Below are positions 13,466 through 26,078 of a DNA stretch of 64,000 bases, piece by piece (the first letter of the stretch is position 1; every line of letters begins with the position of its first letter). This DNA is from Lepidodermella squamata. Lineage: Eukaryota > Animalia > Gastrotricha. The notes under the pieces are model-generated. The model was not told the origin of the DNA. It ran no database searches and saw nothing but the letters and a program-made list of their open reading frames with translations. Both the position numbers and the translations under genes were made by a program. The stretch is taken from positions 992,001 to 1,056,000 of the forward strand of contig JBLDXI010000013.1 of NCBI GenBank assembly GCA_047495785.1. The letters run 5' to 3'.

Positions 13466-14403
13466 TTCGATGTGATGGTATTTTAAGAACAATGATAAAA
13501 TTGATCGCTAGTGTTGTTAAATTGTGTTGAGAAATTGCTGATGAGATCGGATCTGTAAAGGATTATATACCCCGTGTAATTTAAGGAATCGCGCGCGACT
13601 TTGTTATTCGGCACGTGCGATGATGGTCTCGTGATTACACTTTCGGCACAGAAGGCAGACAAATGGCGCGCTTGAAGCTGAGCTTCCATTAATTAATTTT
13701 TCACTCGAATCCTCTTTGACAGCAAGGTTTCTGCAACTATGTTGTCGAATTCCCAGTCAAAAAGTGCGTCGAATCAAATATTGTTGGTTATTCGTAAATA
13801 ACGGGGGATCCCAACGCAAACACATGCCCAAGAGAATTTTTCCGAATTTTTCCTTTTGGTATGTTATCGGAGATAGGACGGCTAACAAGCCACCGTAACG
13901 AAACTACCGCCTGGCAAGAATGATCTGCTCATGTTCTGTTGTGGTGGGTTAACTTTTCTCCACAAAATAGAATTAAAAAAATACCCGGTGAATTCTCAAT
14001 CGATAGGTGTGTCAAATGCAACTTTCAAGAGCGTGAAAATCGGTCAAGTTACCCAATAAGTTCGAGTTTTTACCAAGGCAATTTCAAACCGTCTTTCTGG
14101 TGAATGTGTTGTGAAAATGAAGATTTTTTGGTCTCAGAATTTCGAAATATGAACGCTCAAATGTTAGCGCCTGTATCATTGATTGCAATTTGCTGAAACT
14201 GAACAGTTGTAGTTGCAATATACCGACCCAAGGCTAATTCAGAGTTTACACATTTTATTCCGACTATCAAAATTTATCGATAAATGAAATGAAAGTATCA
14301 TGGGCATACAACAATATCTTTAAAAACAATTGAGATTTCTTTATCGATTTACAAAGCAGGCACGATGAGCTAAAATGACAAAAGGCAGGCGCCATTTCCT
14401 GGT

Positions 14404-14957
14404 TTAAATTCGTTTGTTGATCGCGAGACCGATTACGAGCCCAATGGCGACAAGTAAGAGGCTGGCTGCCACCTGGGCCGCTCCAACGGTGCTGCACTGT
14501 ATCCCTAGAAAAATATCGAGAAATTGTGAAATACAACACAGATCGATTTTTGATTAAAAAAACGAACCAACGCAGTTGCAGCCATCGTAGTTACAACAAT
14601 TACTAATGTCGCTAATTGTGCTGCCATCTTCACCAAGATAGGGCTTCCCTGGGACAGCTTCTGGATCTTTAGCAGGACAATCAAGTGCCGTAGCGCAAGT
14701 TTGAACGGTGATATCTTCAGAAAAAAAAATCAATTTTATTGAAGCTTGAACGAGCATCGCAAACTATCGTTAACTCTACCTGTTAGAGCCGTCCATTCAA
14801 GCTTGCAGAATTGCGCGGCGGCGGGGCAGCCGACCATGACTGCCGAGGCACAATTGGCCGTTCTGTCAGTACAGGTGAAGCACTGAATGGAAAGGGATGT
14901 CGCGATGTTTCCATAAAGAATGGAAAGAAAGCAGAAGATAGAAATTGAACGTAGCAT
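14404..14957 (-). CDS. Ly6/uPAR three-finger protein C, predicted GPI-anchored (3 exons)
   Basis: MLRSISIFCFLSILYGNIATSLSIQCFTCTDRTANC...FCKLEWTALT|DITVQTCATALDC...SNCCNYDGCNCV|GIQCSTVGAAQVAASLLLVAIGLVIGLAINKRI*. Closest paralog of gene B. Confidence 0.9.
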
Positions 14958-15467
14958 AATAAACAGTTATGAAGAATTCGAACTACTAAAAATGAAGAAA
15001 ATATGGCGATTTTTATATGCATAATTATTCCAAATGTTAGACATGCTGTTAGTCATGCTTGCACAATGCCAAAATAAGTGGGAAATTCGATCTTGATAAT
15101 AAATTTTCCATCTCCAAGAGTTTTCAAGAGTTCTAGAGAGCTACACTAGATTTGGGCGCCTATGCTAAAAGAATCAAACGGAACTAGGCCAGAATACATT
15201 TTTGAAACAGCAGTTGCTATTATCACATCGTACCTTCGTTACTTCAATTAGGTATTCATAATTTTTTCATCCACGTGGCCATGTTCATGTTTCCCGGGCT
15301 ACACCTGCTGCCGAACGCTCGTGCTGAACACGCGACTTTAACCTGATGCCACACTGGTGCTCCTTCAAAAGCCGAACGAAGGAAACGTTAATCAACATTA
15401 ATCACTTGAACATTCGAAACACACATTTTTTTAGCTCTTTAATTACTTTTTCAATTACTTCTCAAAA

Positions 15468-15990
15468 ATGTCGACTGCTTTCGTTTTGCTTGCTTCCTGC
15501 TTGCTGCTTGGCGCCGCTGGTAAGCCGCCTTTAGTTTATTTCATACGAAATTTCAACAGGAATGATTTTGCATTGTAGATGCTCTTCAATGCTTCAACTG
15601 CATGGGCCAGTCAAGCGATTGCGAATCCGGGTCCCCCATTGAATGCCCAGCTGCTTCGGAATATTGCAAGGTATCTTGAAATATTTCAAACTGGTTAATA
15701 TAGTTATATGTAAATTATTTTAGGTTGAATGGACTTCTAGCACCGGTTATACAGCTCAAACCTGCGCTGTTAAATCGGATTGCCCGGTTGCGAATAATCT
15801 GAAAAAGCGTCAAGCTCCCAACGAAGGCGAAACTGAGAACAAGGGTGCCAGTGACATCAACACCTGCTGCAACTACGACAAATGCAACTGCATCGGAGGC
15901 CAGTGCAACAACGCGAAGCACGTTGCTGCCGCTAGCGTCGCTGTAGCAGTTGCCGTTGCTGCCCTCGCCATTTTGGTTTCACGCCAATAG
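15468..15990 (+). CDS. Ly6/uPAR three-finger protein D, predicted GPI-anchored (3 exons; missed by ORF track)
   Basis: MSTAFVLLASCLLLGAA|DALQCFNCMGQSSDCESGSPIECPAASEYCK|VEWTSSTGYTAQTCAVKSDCPVANNLKKRQAPNEG...NTCCNYDKCNCIGGQCNNAKHVAAASVAVAVAVAALAILVSRQ*. Confidence 0.92.
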
Positions 15991-16716
15991 CCAATTTTCT
16001 GTTGAAGTCACCAAGCGAAATAGTTTTATCAAAGACTCAACCTTGATTTTTGTATCTTTAATGAAGATTAATACCTATGTCGTTTTCGTACGAACACATA
16101 TCAAATGACAATTTGTTGCCGAACAGAATAAACTAAGAGCTAACAACAATTCTGTTTCTTTTTATGTTACGCCCCTGTTCTTAACTAATTTTTGAGCTAA
16201 TTCAAAAATGAAAAAGGTAACTCGCACACAGAAAAAAGTATAAAATCGGTGTTATGGGACGCGCGCAGCTTTCATCGTAACATGGTCGACATTGCTTTTG
16301 GCCAAGCAGCAAAGAGGCCTATGGAACTCGGCAAAAAGTAAATTAATTTCAGGGAAGTTTGTCCCGATTTAAGGCAGCTTTCCGAGAAGCGTTTAATTTA
16401 GGAGTGATAATTTAGGCTGGAATTGGATGACCGAAGGCGGCTTTTATAAGGGGCGTGGATCCGAAGCATAAATAGATTGCTTGAAACTAAAATACAGCTC
16501 GCCTGGCGATCAAGAGGGCAAAGGACGGCCTGTACCTTTTCAGATGAGTCCTTACCACAGAGCTCATCACGCGATCCTGTCATAACAAATTCAAGTAACA
16601 TATGATGTTTGCAAAGATGTTGCTTGAAGTGCTGTCGCACCAACTAATTCTGGAAATAATGGAAAAATCATCCGATGCTATAACTCCATCTTTTGTTTTC
16701 TGGCTTCGCACAAATA

Positions 16717-17303
16717 ATGCAACTGATAGGTCTAGCTATCATCGGAATTTTCTATTTTCCGATCACATCTGGTGCGGTGTGATAACACGCTCAAACTCCG
16801 AAATTTACTTACTTTGTACTCAATTCCAGATGCAATCGAATGTTACAGCTGCAATGGTTATACGGGGGACTGTGCCAAAGAAACTGTTGCAATAAGGTGC
16901 TCCAGTTACTCGCGATTCTGCAAGGTTGGCTTAAATTTACTACGATTTTAACAGGTTATACCTTTCGACTTTCTAAAACCAGCTCGAATGGAATTCTGAG
17001 AGCGATTTCATTTCGCAAAAATGCGCGCTTCCATCTGACTGCGCGACGTTTGCCGTTGCGAAAAAGAAACGCTCGCTCGGCATAGCAGGCTACAACGATG
17101 ACAGGTCTGCGGACAACTCGAGCGAAGCCGCGTCAAAAATCACGGTTTCAAACTCTGTCAACGATTGCTGTAGTTATGACAAATGTAACTGCGTAGGAAG
17201 TCAATGTTCAATAGCCGGGCATTCATTTTCGACTACATCAAATTCGAATTTGTTACCCGCTATTTATTTGATCACAGGCACTACTGTTATCGCGAAGTTT
17301 TAA
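16717..17303 (+). CDS. Ly6/uPAR three-finger protein E, probably GPI-anchored (3 exons)
   Basis: MQLIGLAIIGIFYFPITS|DAIECYSCNGYTGDC...RFCK|LEWNSESDFISQKCALPSDCATFAVAKKKRSLG...NDCCSYDKCNCVGSQCSIAG...LLPAIYLITGTTVIAKF*. AATAAA overlaps the stop. Confidence 0.88.
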
Positions 17304-17610
17304 TAAAAATGTGCAGCAATGTGAATGTTTTTTCCTGATATAACAAAAACATCTGGATTTTTGAATGACTCTTCATTTACTGTTCAGTTACTGGGGCAAT
17401 TAAAAAAAAAAGCTGTGTTCGATTTCTTCCGAAAGGCATAGGTACCAAGTATCCACTTTCCCAGCAAAAGATAAACTGAAATTTGCGCAGTGAATCAGGA
17501 ATTTTTCGACTTGTTTTTGTAATTTTAATTATCAAGGTATCGATTAAAAATCGATTAAAAACCAATTTAAAATTTCCGAAAAACCATACCATCGACACGA
17601 CGACGCACTA

Positions 17611-17799
17611 CCGTATTTGTTCCAATATAGTAGCCCATTCACTAATAATCGCCCATCCCTAATAGTAGCCCAGGGTTGAGGGGTCAAGTCGGTTCGAAAA
17701 CATCAACAATGAACGATTCACCAACAATTATTTTTTGAATTTTCCAAAATTTCGAGGTTGAAATTTTAGTAGCCCGGGCTGCTATAGGAACAAATACGG
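17611..17799. mobile_element. MITE of Tc1/mariner superfamily (Tc2/pogo-like CCGTA termini)
   Basis: TA|CCGTATTTGTTCC...GGAACAAATACGG|TA: 13-bp perfect TIR extending imperfectly to ~25 bp, TA target duplication (17609-10, 17800-01), internal TAGTAGCCC repeats, no ORF. Confidence 0.85.
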
Positions 17800-17999
17800 T
17801 ATTTTTTCTTGCATTTTTTGTCCCATTTTTTTGCGCTTCGCTGGTCATTCCACGTTTACCCCATTCAGTTTTTATACAATATTTGGGAACTTCGAGGCGG
17901 AATCAAAACTTTTTTATTCGGTTACTTTCATAGCCAACAAATCGTTCACAGTATAAATTTGATAAAACAAGTTCGTAAAATCTGTCTAAAATCTGTCTT

Positions 18000-18559
18000 C
18001 TAGGCAAGAAATAGCACCAGAGAGATGACGGCGTAGACAATGGCGATGGTCGTTCCAATAATTTGAGACGCACCGTTTCCACATTGAGTACCGATGCAGT
18101 TGCACTTGTCGAATTTGCAGCACGTGCTATTGTTGCTATCCAGGCTCCGCTTTGTCAAATCGGGTAAACCTTCGGTTTCACCCTCTGAGCCTGGAGCAGC
18201 GCAGTCTTGGGTGTCGGCGCAAGACTGAGTGACATGACCAGACTCAGGATTGGCTTCCAACTTGCAAAAATCAAAATAAAGATGCAACAAAATAATGAGA
18301 ATAAGAAAACTCTTCTAATGCGGCGAGCAATAACGAGTCTTTAAAACAACTTGGCTTACCCGGCAAAACTCTTCGTTCTCCAAGCACTGAATGGAGACTT
18401 TCGCTTCGCATTCATGGGAGTGATCAGCGCATTGGTAACACTCAATGCCAACTGTTGAAATCGAAAAGTCGGGGAACTGGATCACATAATATCTCAAGTC
18501 AACTTACAGGTGCTGCCGTAGAATAAGCAAGAAATCACAATCACGAGTGAGAATTGCAT
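18000..18559 (-). CDS. Ly6/uPAR three-finger protein F, predicted GPI-anchored (3 exons)
   Basis: MQFSLVIVISCLFYGST|FGIECYQCADHSHEC...EFCR|LEANPESGHVTQSCADTQDC...DLTKRSLDSNNSTCCKFDKCNCIGTQCGNGASQIIGTTIAIVYAVISLVLFLA*. Confidence 0.9.
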
Positions 18560-18724
18560 TTTGTTGGTTCGAAATGTGATTTTTGCGAAGTATGTAGTGA
18601 GGGTTAAATGTTGTAGATTTTTCGCAAATAATCAGCCAGTCAGTCATATTTTAAGGTGGAGGCGGTGTTGAGCACACGTCAAATGTTGTCGCGTGTCAGC
18701 AAGCTGCAGCAATGAAAGCTGACG

Positions 18725-18858
18725 GTTCTGACCGGAGATTCAATACCTAAATTTGACCCTTCTTCGCGGCCATTTCTTATGGCGTAGATCAATAATTGAA
18801 AATGTGCAGTGGCCATTGTCCATGGAGAAAGGTCAAATTTAGGCAGCCCGATCAGAAC
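18725..18858. repeat. Small imperfect inverted repeat (possible decayed MITE or hairpin)
   Basis: CCTAAATTTGACC (from 18746) pairs with GGTCAAATTTAGG (ending 18843). The outer GTTCTGACCGG / CCGATCAGAAC pair with one mismatch. Confidence 0.5.
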
Positions 18859-19181
18859 GAAATTATCATGGCTAAGCGACGTTGATTTTCAACACAATAC
18901 ATGTAATACACCTGTCGGCCTTTCGAAATACCAATAGCCTACTGATTGGCATCAGCGGCATAGCGGTTAACAACGACATTTGTGGCTAGATCCTTTTGGA
19001 AGTTCGGTTTTTTATATTCTGAATAAAAGCATGCGTGATAGCCTGAATCCTGAAACATTCTGAACCTAATCAGGTAAACGATAGCCGGCTCGCTTTACTG
19101 CTTCAGTTGAAAAGTTTAATAAAAATTTTCACCGAGTAATCAGGAGTAGGGTACTATATAATTATTACATAAATGCACGAT

Positions 19182-20103
19182 TTAGGAATGATGGTGATCA
19201 CTGTCCACCGAGGATATGTAAGTGCGCACCAAGCCTAGGAACTTGGCCCAAGTGCCGCAGATCGGGCAAGTTTCTTCTAGATGAACACTGCTGTTACTGT
19301 TGGTACCGAATTCCGGCTGAACGTTGCTATTGTTCACTGTCGTGCCGCTGCTGTCATTTCCACTTTTCGACTCGTCCAGCGTCGATAGTGCAGCTAAATT
19401 CGATGGCGAAGAAGCTTGTGACGGCGAGCGATGGCAATGAACCATCTGCAGATAGGAAATCATGACGCTTTCGAATGAATCCACACTCTCAACCATCATG
19501 TACGTCGTAACGCCCCACCGTTGCTTGTGCTGCTTTGTCAGCCTTGAAAGCACTTGCTTCAGCATTTGCGGTTTATCAGCTACGGCTAACGCCTGTTCGA
19601 TGCCATCTAGAAATTTAAATCCTTGGGCTGAAAATTGAAAATAATATTCATCATTATAAATTTGATGAACCTTAATCTTACTTGTGAGTATTTGTGTTTC
19701 TTCTTCTGGGTTCGAACTGTTCGGATTATTGTGCATGAAGGTTTGGAGAGCTTCGGGTACTCGAGCGACGATCCTAATCGAAGAAAAAGTGGGTCACAAA
19801 GAGCTATGAAATTGCCGAAATTTCCGAGACTTACATGTTCATGGCATCAGTTGCCAACTGTTTTTTAAGGCCTTCGCTGGATTTAATTTTCTCGTAGCTC
19901 TCGTGCAGGACTTTCATGTCGCTCTCTCCCATTCGGGCGCCAGAGGCGCCATGGGCACGTCCATTGACGCCATTCATCTGCGTCGCCACCATGGAATGAT
20001 AGCCATTCGACGTTACTTTCTCCTTGTCCTTCTTGGAGGAATGGTTTCGATGCGGGTCGTGTACGCGGATTGCAGCATTGTTCATTGAGCACTCATTTCC
20101 CAT
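19182..20103 (-). CDS. Globin 1 with N-acylation motif (MGNEC), distal E7 Gln, long GH insertion (3 exons)
   Basis: Exons 20103-19835, 19773-19682, 19627-19182. First intron is at the classic globin B12.2 position. Pro C2 and Phe CD1 (VPEALQTF), E helix LTTQGFKFLDGIEQAL, proximal His in LTKQHKQRWGV, H-helix Trp (GTWAKFLG). Confidence 0.88.
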
Positions 20104-21235
20104 AGTCTACCGTCTATGCAATGAACAAAAAGCTCGGTTATGTATCAAATTGGCCAAGCTACTCAGCTAGGTTTGCTTTTCAGAAAAGCTGAGTTGAAGT
20201 ATGTCAAATAAGTATGCTGCTTTCAAAGCGAGATCAAGGTGTATACTAGAAGAATATCCCAAGATGATTAATGTCGTGAAGTCGGATCGAGTTTCCAGGG
20301 GAAGCAATTTTTTCGAAAGAGAGGTCGATATGTTGAGCATTTTTTACCTTGCGCTATCAAATGGAAACGGCAGTGAGAATATAATAATAAAAGCGCGCAT
20401 AGATCAGATGCGCCTTTAATCCAACTCATCTATAGCTATTATAAAAATTGATAGGAAAACTGTCGAAATTAATATAGGCGAATTTGAATAGGAAATTTAA
20501 TCCACCTCTATATGAAATTGCTGATGTTCGAATCAGCAAGGAAGTAACGTTAGAACACTATATATTAGCATAGTTATAATACAATCCTCACATATACGAA
20601 CAGGAAAAGTCGATGTATGTAGATTTTTCAATACAAAAAGTAGAAGTGTACCAGTTAGTTGCAGAAGGAAATGATTAAAGTGAGAATTAATAACTCATTT
20701 CAGCATTCCCCATGTATGTCGGGATTATCGGCGAGGCCGCTGTGTCGAAGTATATTGCAGTTTTGATCTCTAAAATTATCCGACCTAATCACACCTGGCA
20801 TTTACCCTCCCACAATGCTAGCGCTTGATTTATTTCAGTTTAAATACAGAAAAATCTACAAAGAATTGAGTTTATTATTTGTTTTTAATTATGTAGTTAT
20901 CAGAGAGATTATTGCAAAAATCACCAAGTATAGCACAAATTGCGACATCTAAACATTCAAAATATATTTGATCATGTGATTGCGGCAACCTGAAATCGAT
21001 ATCTAGGTGCTTTCGTGCTAAGTGATCGCTGATGCGACGTCAGAATTTCCTTGCAATCGAGATTTTGAGTGTGCTCGACTTTTTACTGCTCGGGAATAAC
21101 AAGTGACGTTAATGATATAAGCATGACCAATATTATCGAAGCTTATTTCGATGATCACGACACTCGAATATGAATAAGAATAATGCGACGTATGTCAGTT
21201 GATTCCTCCAGAAAAATCACGAACGTAGAGTTATT

Positions 21236-21966
21236 CTAGACATCGATGGTAGCGTTGAAGAGGGCTTGCAGATGCCCGAAAAATCGTTCCCAAGTCGCGC
21301 AAGTTTTGCAACCCTCTTCGCCAATATATTTTGCCTCAAGTTTTGTTCCTGGTGCTCTTGCTTCCACGCCTTTGTTTCCCTGATCAGCTAGGATATTCGC
21401 TGGATTCGCTGCTGCAATTAGGCTAGATCGGTGGCCGTGCCTTACTTTCAAATAGGGGAATACCACACTTTTGAGGGCGTTCAAACCTTCGGCCATCATC
21501 GGCCCGTCAACATTGTGGCGCTGCTTATGTTTGGAAACCAACTGGTTAATAAAGTCTTGAAGCTGCAATGGTTGGTCGGCTACTTTTAAGGCCTGCTCAA
21601 TGCCGTCAAGTAGCAGTATTCCACGACCTGACAAAATTTATTAAAAATGGACTTCGCTGAGAATGAAAATATACGCATAAGATGTGAATTGTCGTCTCGC
21701 AACCTGGCATCGCTGTTGATTTTTTCCTTCGCACCTGCGACTGATGTCAGCAACCTATAAACCAAACAGGCTTTCGACCTTCATACTAAGATGGAAAAGG
21801 GCTCATACGTATCCACGCTCTTTTGCGCCAATCCACGCCTTTGACCACCAAACTTGATAGAATCGAAACTGTCGCGCATCAACTTAACCTCTTGTGGTGA
21901 AAACGTAACGTTGCTGAAATCTTCCTCAGCCTTCACAGCCATAGCTACCGTGCATTCGTTACCCAT
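21236..21966 (-). CDS. Globin 2, paralog of globin 1, MGNEC N-terminus, divergent distal pocket (3 exons)
   Basis: Exons 21966-21809, 21754-21675, 21627-21236, with the same intron positions and phases as globin 1. A helix FSPQEVKLMRDSFDSIK, LMRRGILLLDGIEQAL, proximal LVSKHKQRHNV, ATWERFFG. Confidence 0.85.
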
Positions 21967-22476
21967 TTTTATGAGGCGATAAAAAAGTTCTTTGTTTCAG
22001 CAAAATTGAAGCGAATACAACCTGGTTACAACCTGGCAATGCCTTTCATTCACAGATTAGCTCATTGTTTGCTGAGCGCATTTAAGCCATTTCATTATCC
22101 TCTCGTTAATTCGCCTGTGGATTCCCCTGATCTCACCTCGCTCTTTTTTTCTCATGAGAGGAGATCAGTGGGAAAAACTTGTGAATGATTTGGCAGGAAA
22201 GTTTACGTCATCGGTGAGCTGTCTTTTTGGAAATCCAGGCAGGATTAGATGCTAATTACGCTGCTATTTTCGGGGCTAGCTGCGAGTGCGCCACGTGATG
22301 ATTGTCTAATTATCGCACGCAATCGCACACGTAATTATTCGACGTCTCTTAAATCTCTCCGATCAACTACACCTGGGAAAGAGAGCGAATTCGAAATACC
22401 TGATAGTTTTATTCGCGATAAAATTATAAAAATGAAGCAAATGTATCAACAAAGTTTGAGAAATGTTTGAATCTCA

Positions 22477-23939
<1,463 letters not shown>

Positions 23940-24963
23940 TGTGTTGAATAAATTTGTGTTTTCAGCTATTTTGAAAAGTTAAGAAATGAGGATGAAATTT
24001 GCACGAATTAATAGGCGTTACGCTGGTGCGAACATGTGTGGTTTCCAAGCACCATCTGATGACCGGAAACATTCAAAGCAGACGCGTCTTACACTTGGCC
24101 TCACCCACTTGGACACTTGGCTTCAAAAACTTCAAAAACAAAAAAGGTAATTATTTTTAGTAGTTGGAAAGGGAAGTTGTTGGATAGGCATCAACGGATA
24201 AAACCCGATGTTCCTTGGGCTAAATTAAATTTTAAAATAAATATGTTAAAGAAGAAATAAATGGTGTAAATGCCGGTCGAGCCGCACCGCCGTTAAAAAC
24301 AGAAGAATCCGGCGTCATTTGGGCACAAAAACAAATGTTATGTACCGCCCAATAATGAGATATAAGCCTGAAATGAATTTCGCGATAGAGTTCAGTTTTG
24401 AGTCTCTCTGCTCTGAAAGTTTCTCAGTTGGTTCGCCAACTTTGGTAACTGCAACGCTGAGTTTCTTGTGGTTCATTGCCAAATTCGAGTCATGCAAGCC
24501 ACTTGCACTAGTTATTAGCCAATATCCCACTATTTATCGGCAATTATATCCGTGATTTTCCGCTAATATTCTACTTAAATATTTCCATTTAATGAGCAAT
24601 TGCGGATGATTCAACAGAATCGTCGCCGAATGTATCGAATATTCCAAGGGCACATTTTCCACCTTTTTTATAAAGGTGGACGTCTGTTTTTATTTGCTAG
24701 AAATTCGATTCCGATCCCAAATCCAGAAGCTTGACGCCAAAGTTTTATTGTTTCAATAAATTAATCAGTTGTTTCAGTGTTTTCATTAGCTTTTCATGTT
24801 TAGGAAAGGATACGCACAACACATTGTCAACGATTAGAGATAAAATCTGAAGATCACAATTGTTCCATACTTTTTGTGTATAAAATTTGTTTAAAATTTC
24901 GCTAATATTTTACAAAAATCACATGAGCTCAAGGTCTATCAGGTAGGAATGAGCCTGATTTTC

Positions 24964-25485
24964 TCAGCGCAGCAAGAAAAACGCAAAGACCGCCGCTAAA
25001 AGCACCGAAAGAATAGCCGTTCGCTGGTCAGCCCCGCCAAGTTCGACAAAGCACTGGTTACCAGCGCAGTTGCAACCGTCTTGAGCGCAGCATTCAATCA
25101 TCGGGCGGTTACTTGGGCGCTCTCCAGGGTACGCCGTCGTGTCCTCAGGCGGGTGGCAATCGATTGCTGAAGCACAAGTCTGAATCACGGTGTCGTTATC
25201 CTCGTACATTTTGATCTGAAAAATGAAATTAGGGTCATGCATATGTCGCCATATAATTATCAAAATGAGACTAACGAAGCAAAATGGAAGATCACCACAA
25301 TTGACCAGGGCAAACTTTTTCTCGCACTTGTAGACATCGTCGTCGCAGTGATAACAAGAAATCGCTATAAATGAGAAATTTATCTGTGGAATCCGACGCC
25401 TGCGAAGAAAATTTGTACCTGAGGTTGACGCAAAGAAAGCGACGTTGAACAAGAAGATCGAAGCGATAATGACTGAGAGCTGCAT
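24964..25485 (-). CDS. Ly6/uPAR three-finger protein G, predicted GPI-anchored (3 exons)
   Basis: MQLSVIIASIFLFNVAFFASTS|AISCYHCDDDVYKC...PFCF|IKMYEDNDTVIQTCASAIDC...ECCAQDGCNCAGNQC...AILSVLLAAVFAFFLLR*. Both introns (54 and 60 nt) are in frame and stop-free. Confidence 0.9.
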   Translation of the reverse strand: MQLSVIIASIFLFNVAFFASTSGTNFLRRRRIPQINFSFIAISCYHCDDDVYKCEKKFALVNCGDLPFCFVSLILIIIWRHMHDPNFIFQIKMYEDNDTVIQTCASAIDCHPPEDTTAYPGERPSNRPMIECCAQDGCNCAGNQCFVELGGADQRTAILSVLLAAVFAFFLLR

Positions 25486-26078
25486 GTTAGACTAAGTCGT
25501 AGATGAAAAACAAAGTTAGTAATACAATGAGTAACAATAGTAATCGTGTTGTTGAAAGTATAGAATGATGATTTGAGTGGTTTCACTGTCCAAATAGTAA
25601 TGAAGTTCAGTTTCTGGAATGAAAAACGCGCGTGAGATGTTGCGCAAGCGCGCGTGATTCAAAAAAGCCGGCACGCGCGCATTAATGGCGCGTAATACGC
25701 GTTGGGGCAGCCAGGTGGCGCTCAAATCGTTCTCTTCTTTTTTTCGTTACACTGGTGTGAATGGGAAATTTTCAATTTCGCAGGATTATCTAACTTTACC
25801 GTCAAGTCTTTCGAGCTTGCAAAGGGAGCCTGTATAGAATTATTGGTAAATACATCAGTCACGCTTACTGGTTCCAATCGCTACTTGTTGCTTCGAGATG
25901 CCATGAGCTATAACTTGGTCGCGAAATCCATTTGGCATTCCAAATTTTAGCACGCGATCTTTAAGAGCACGCTCAGAAAAATATTATTATTCTCCTATGA
26001 CATGTTTTCTAAAATGTTTTCGTTAGATCATTTTACACGATTGTTCTCTTTACTACAGTTGTTCTAACAACACATAAA

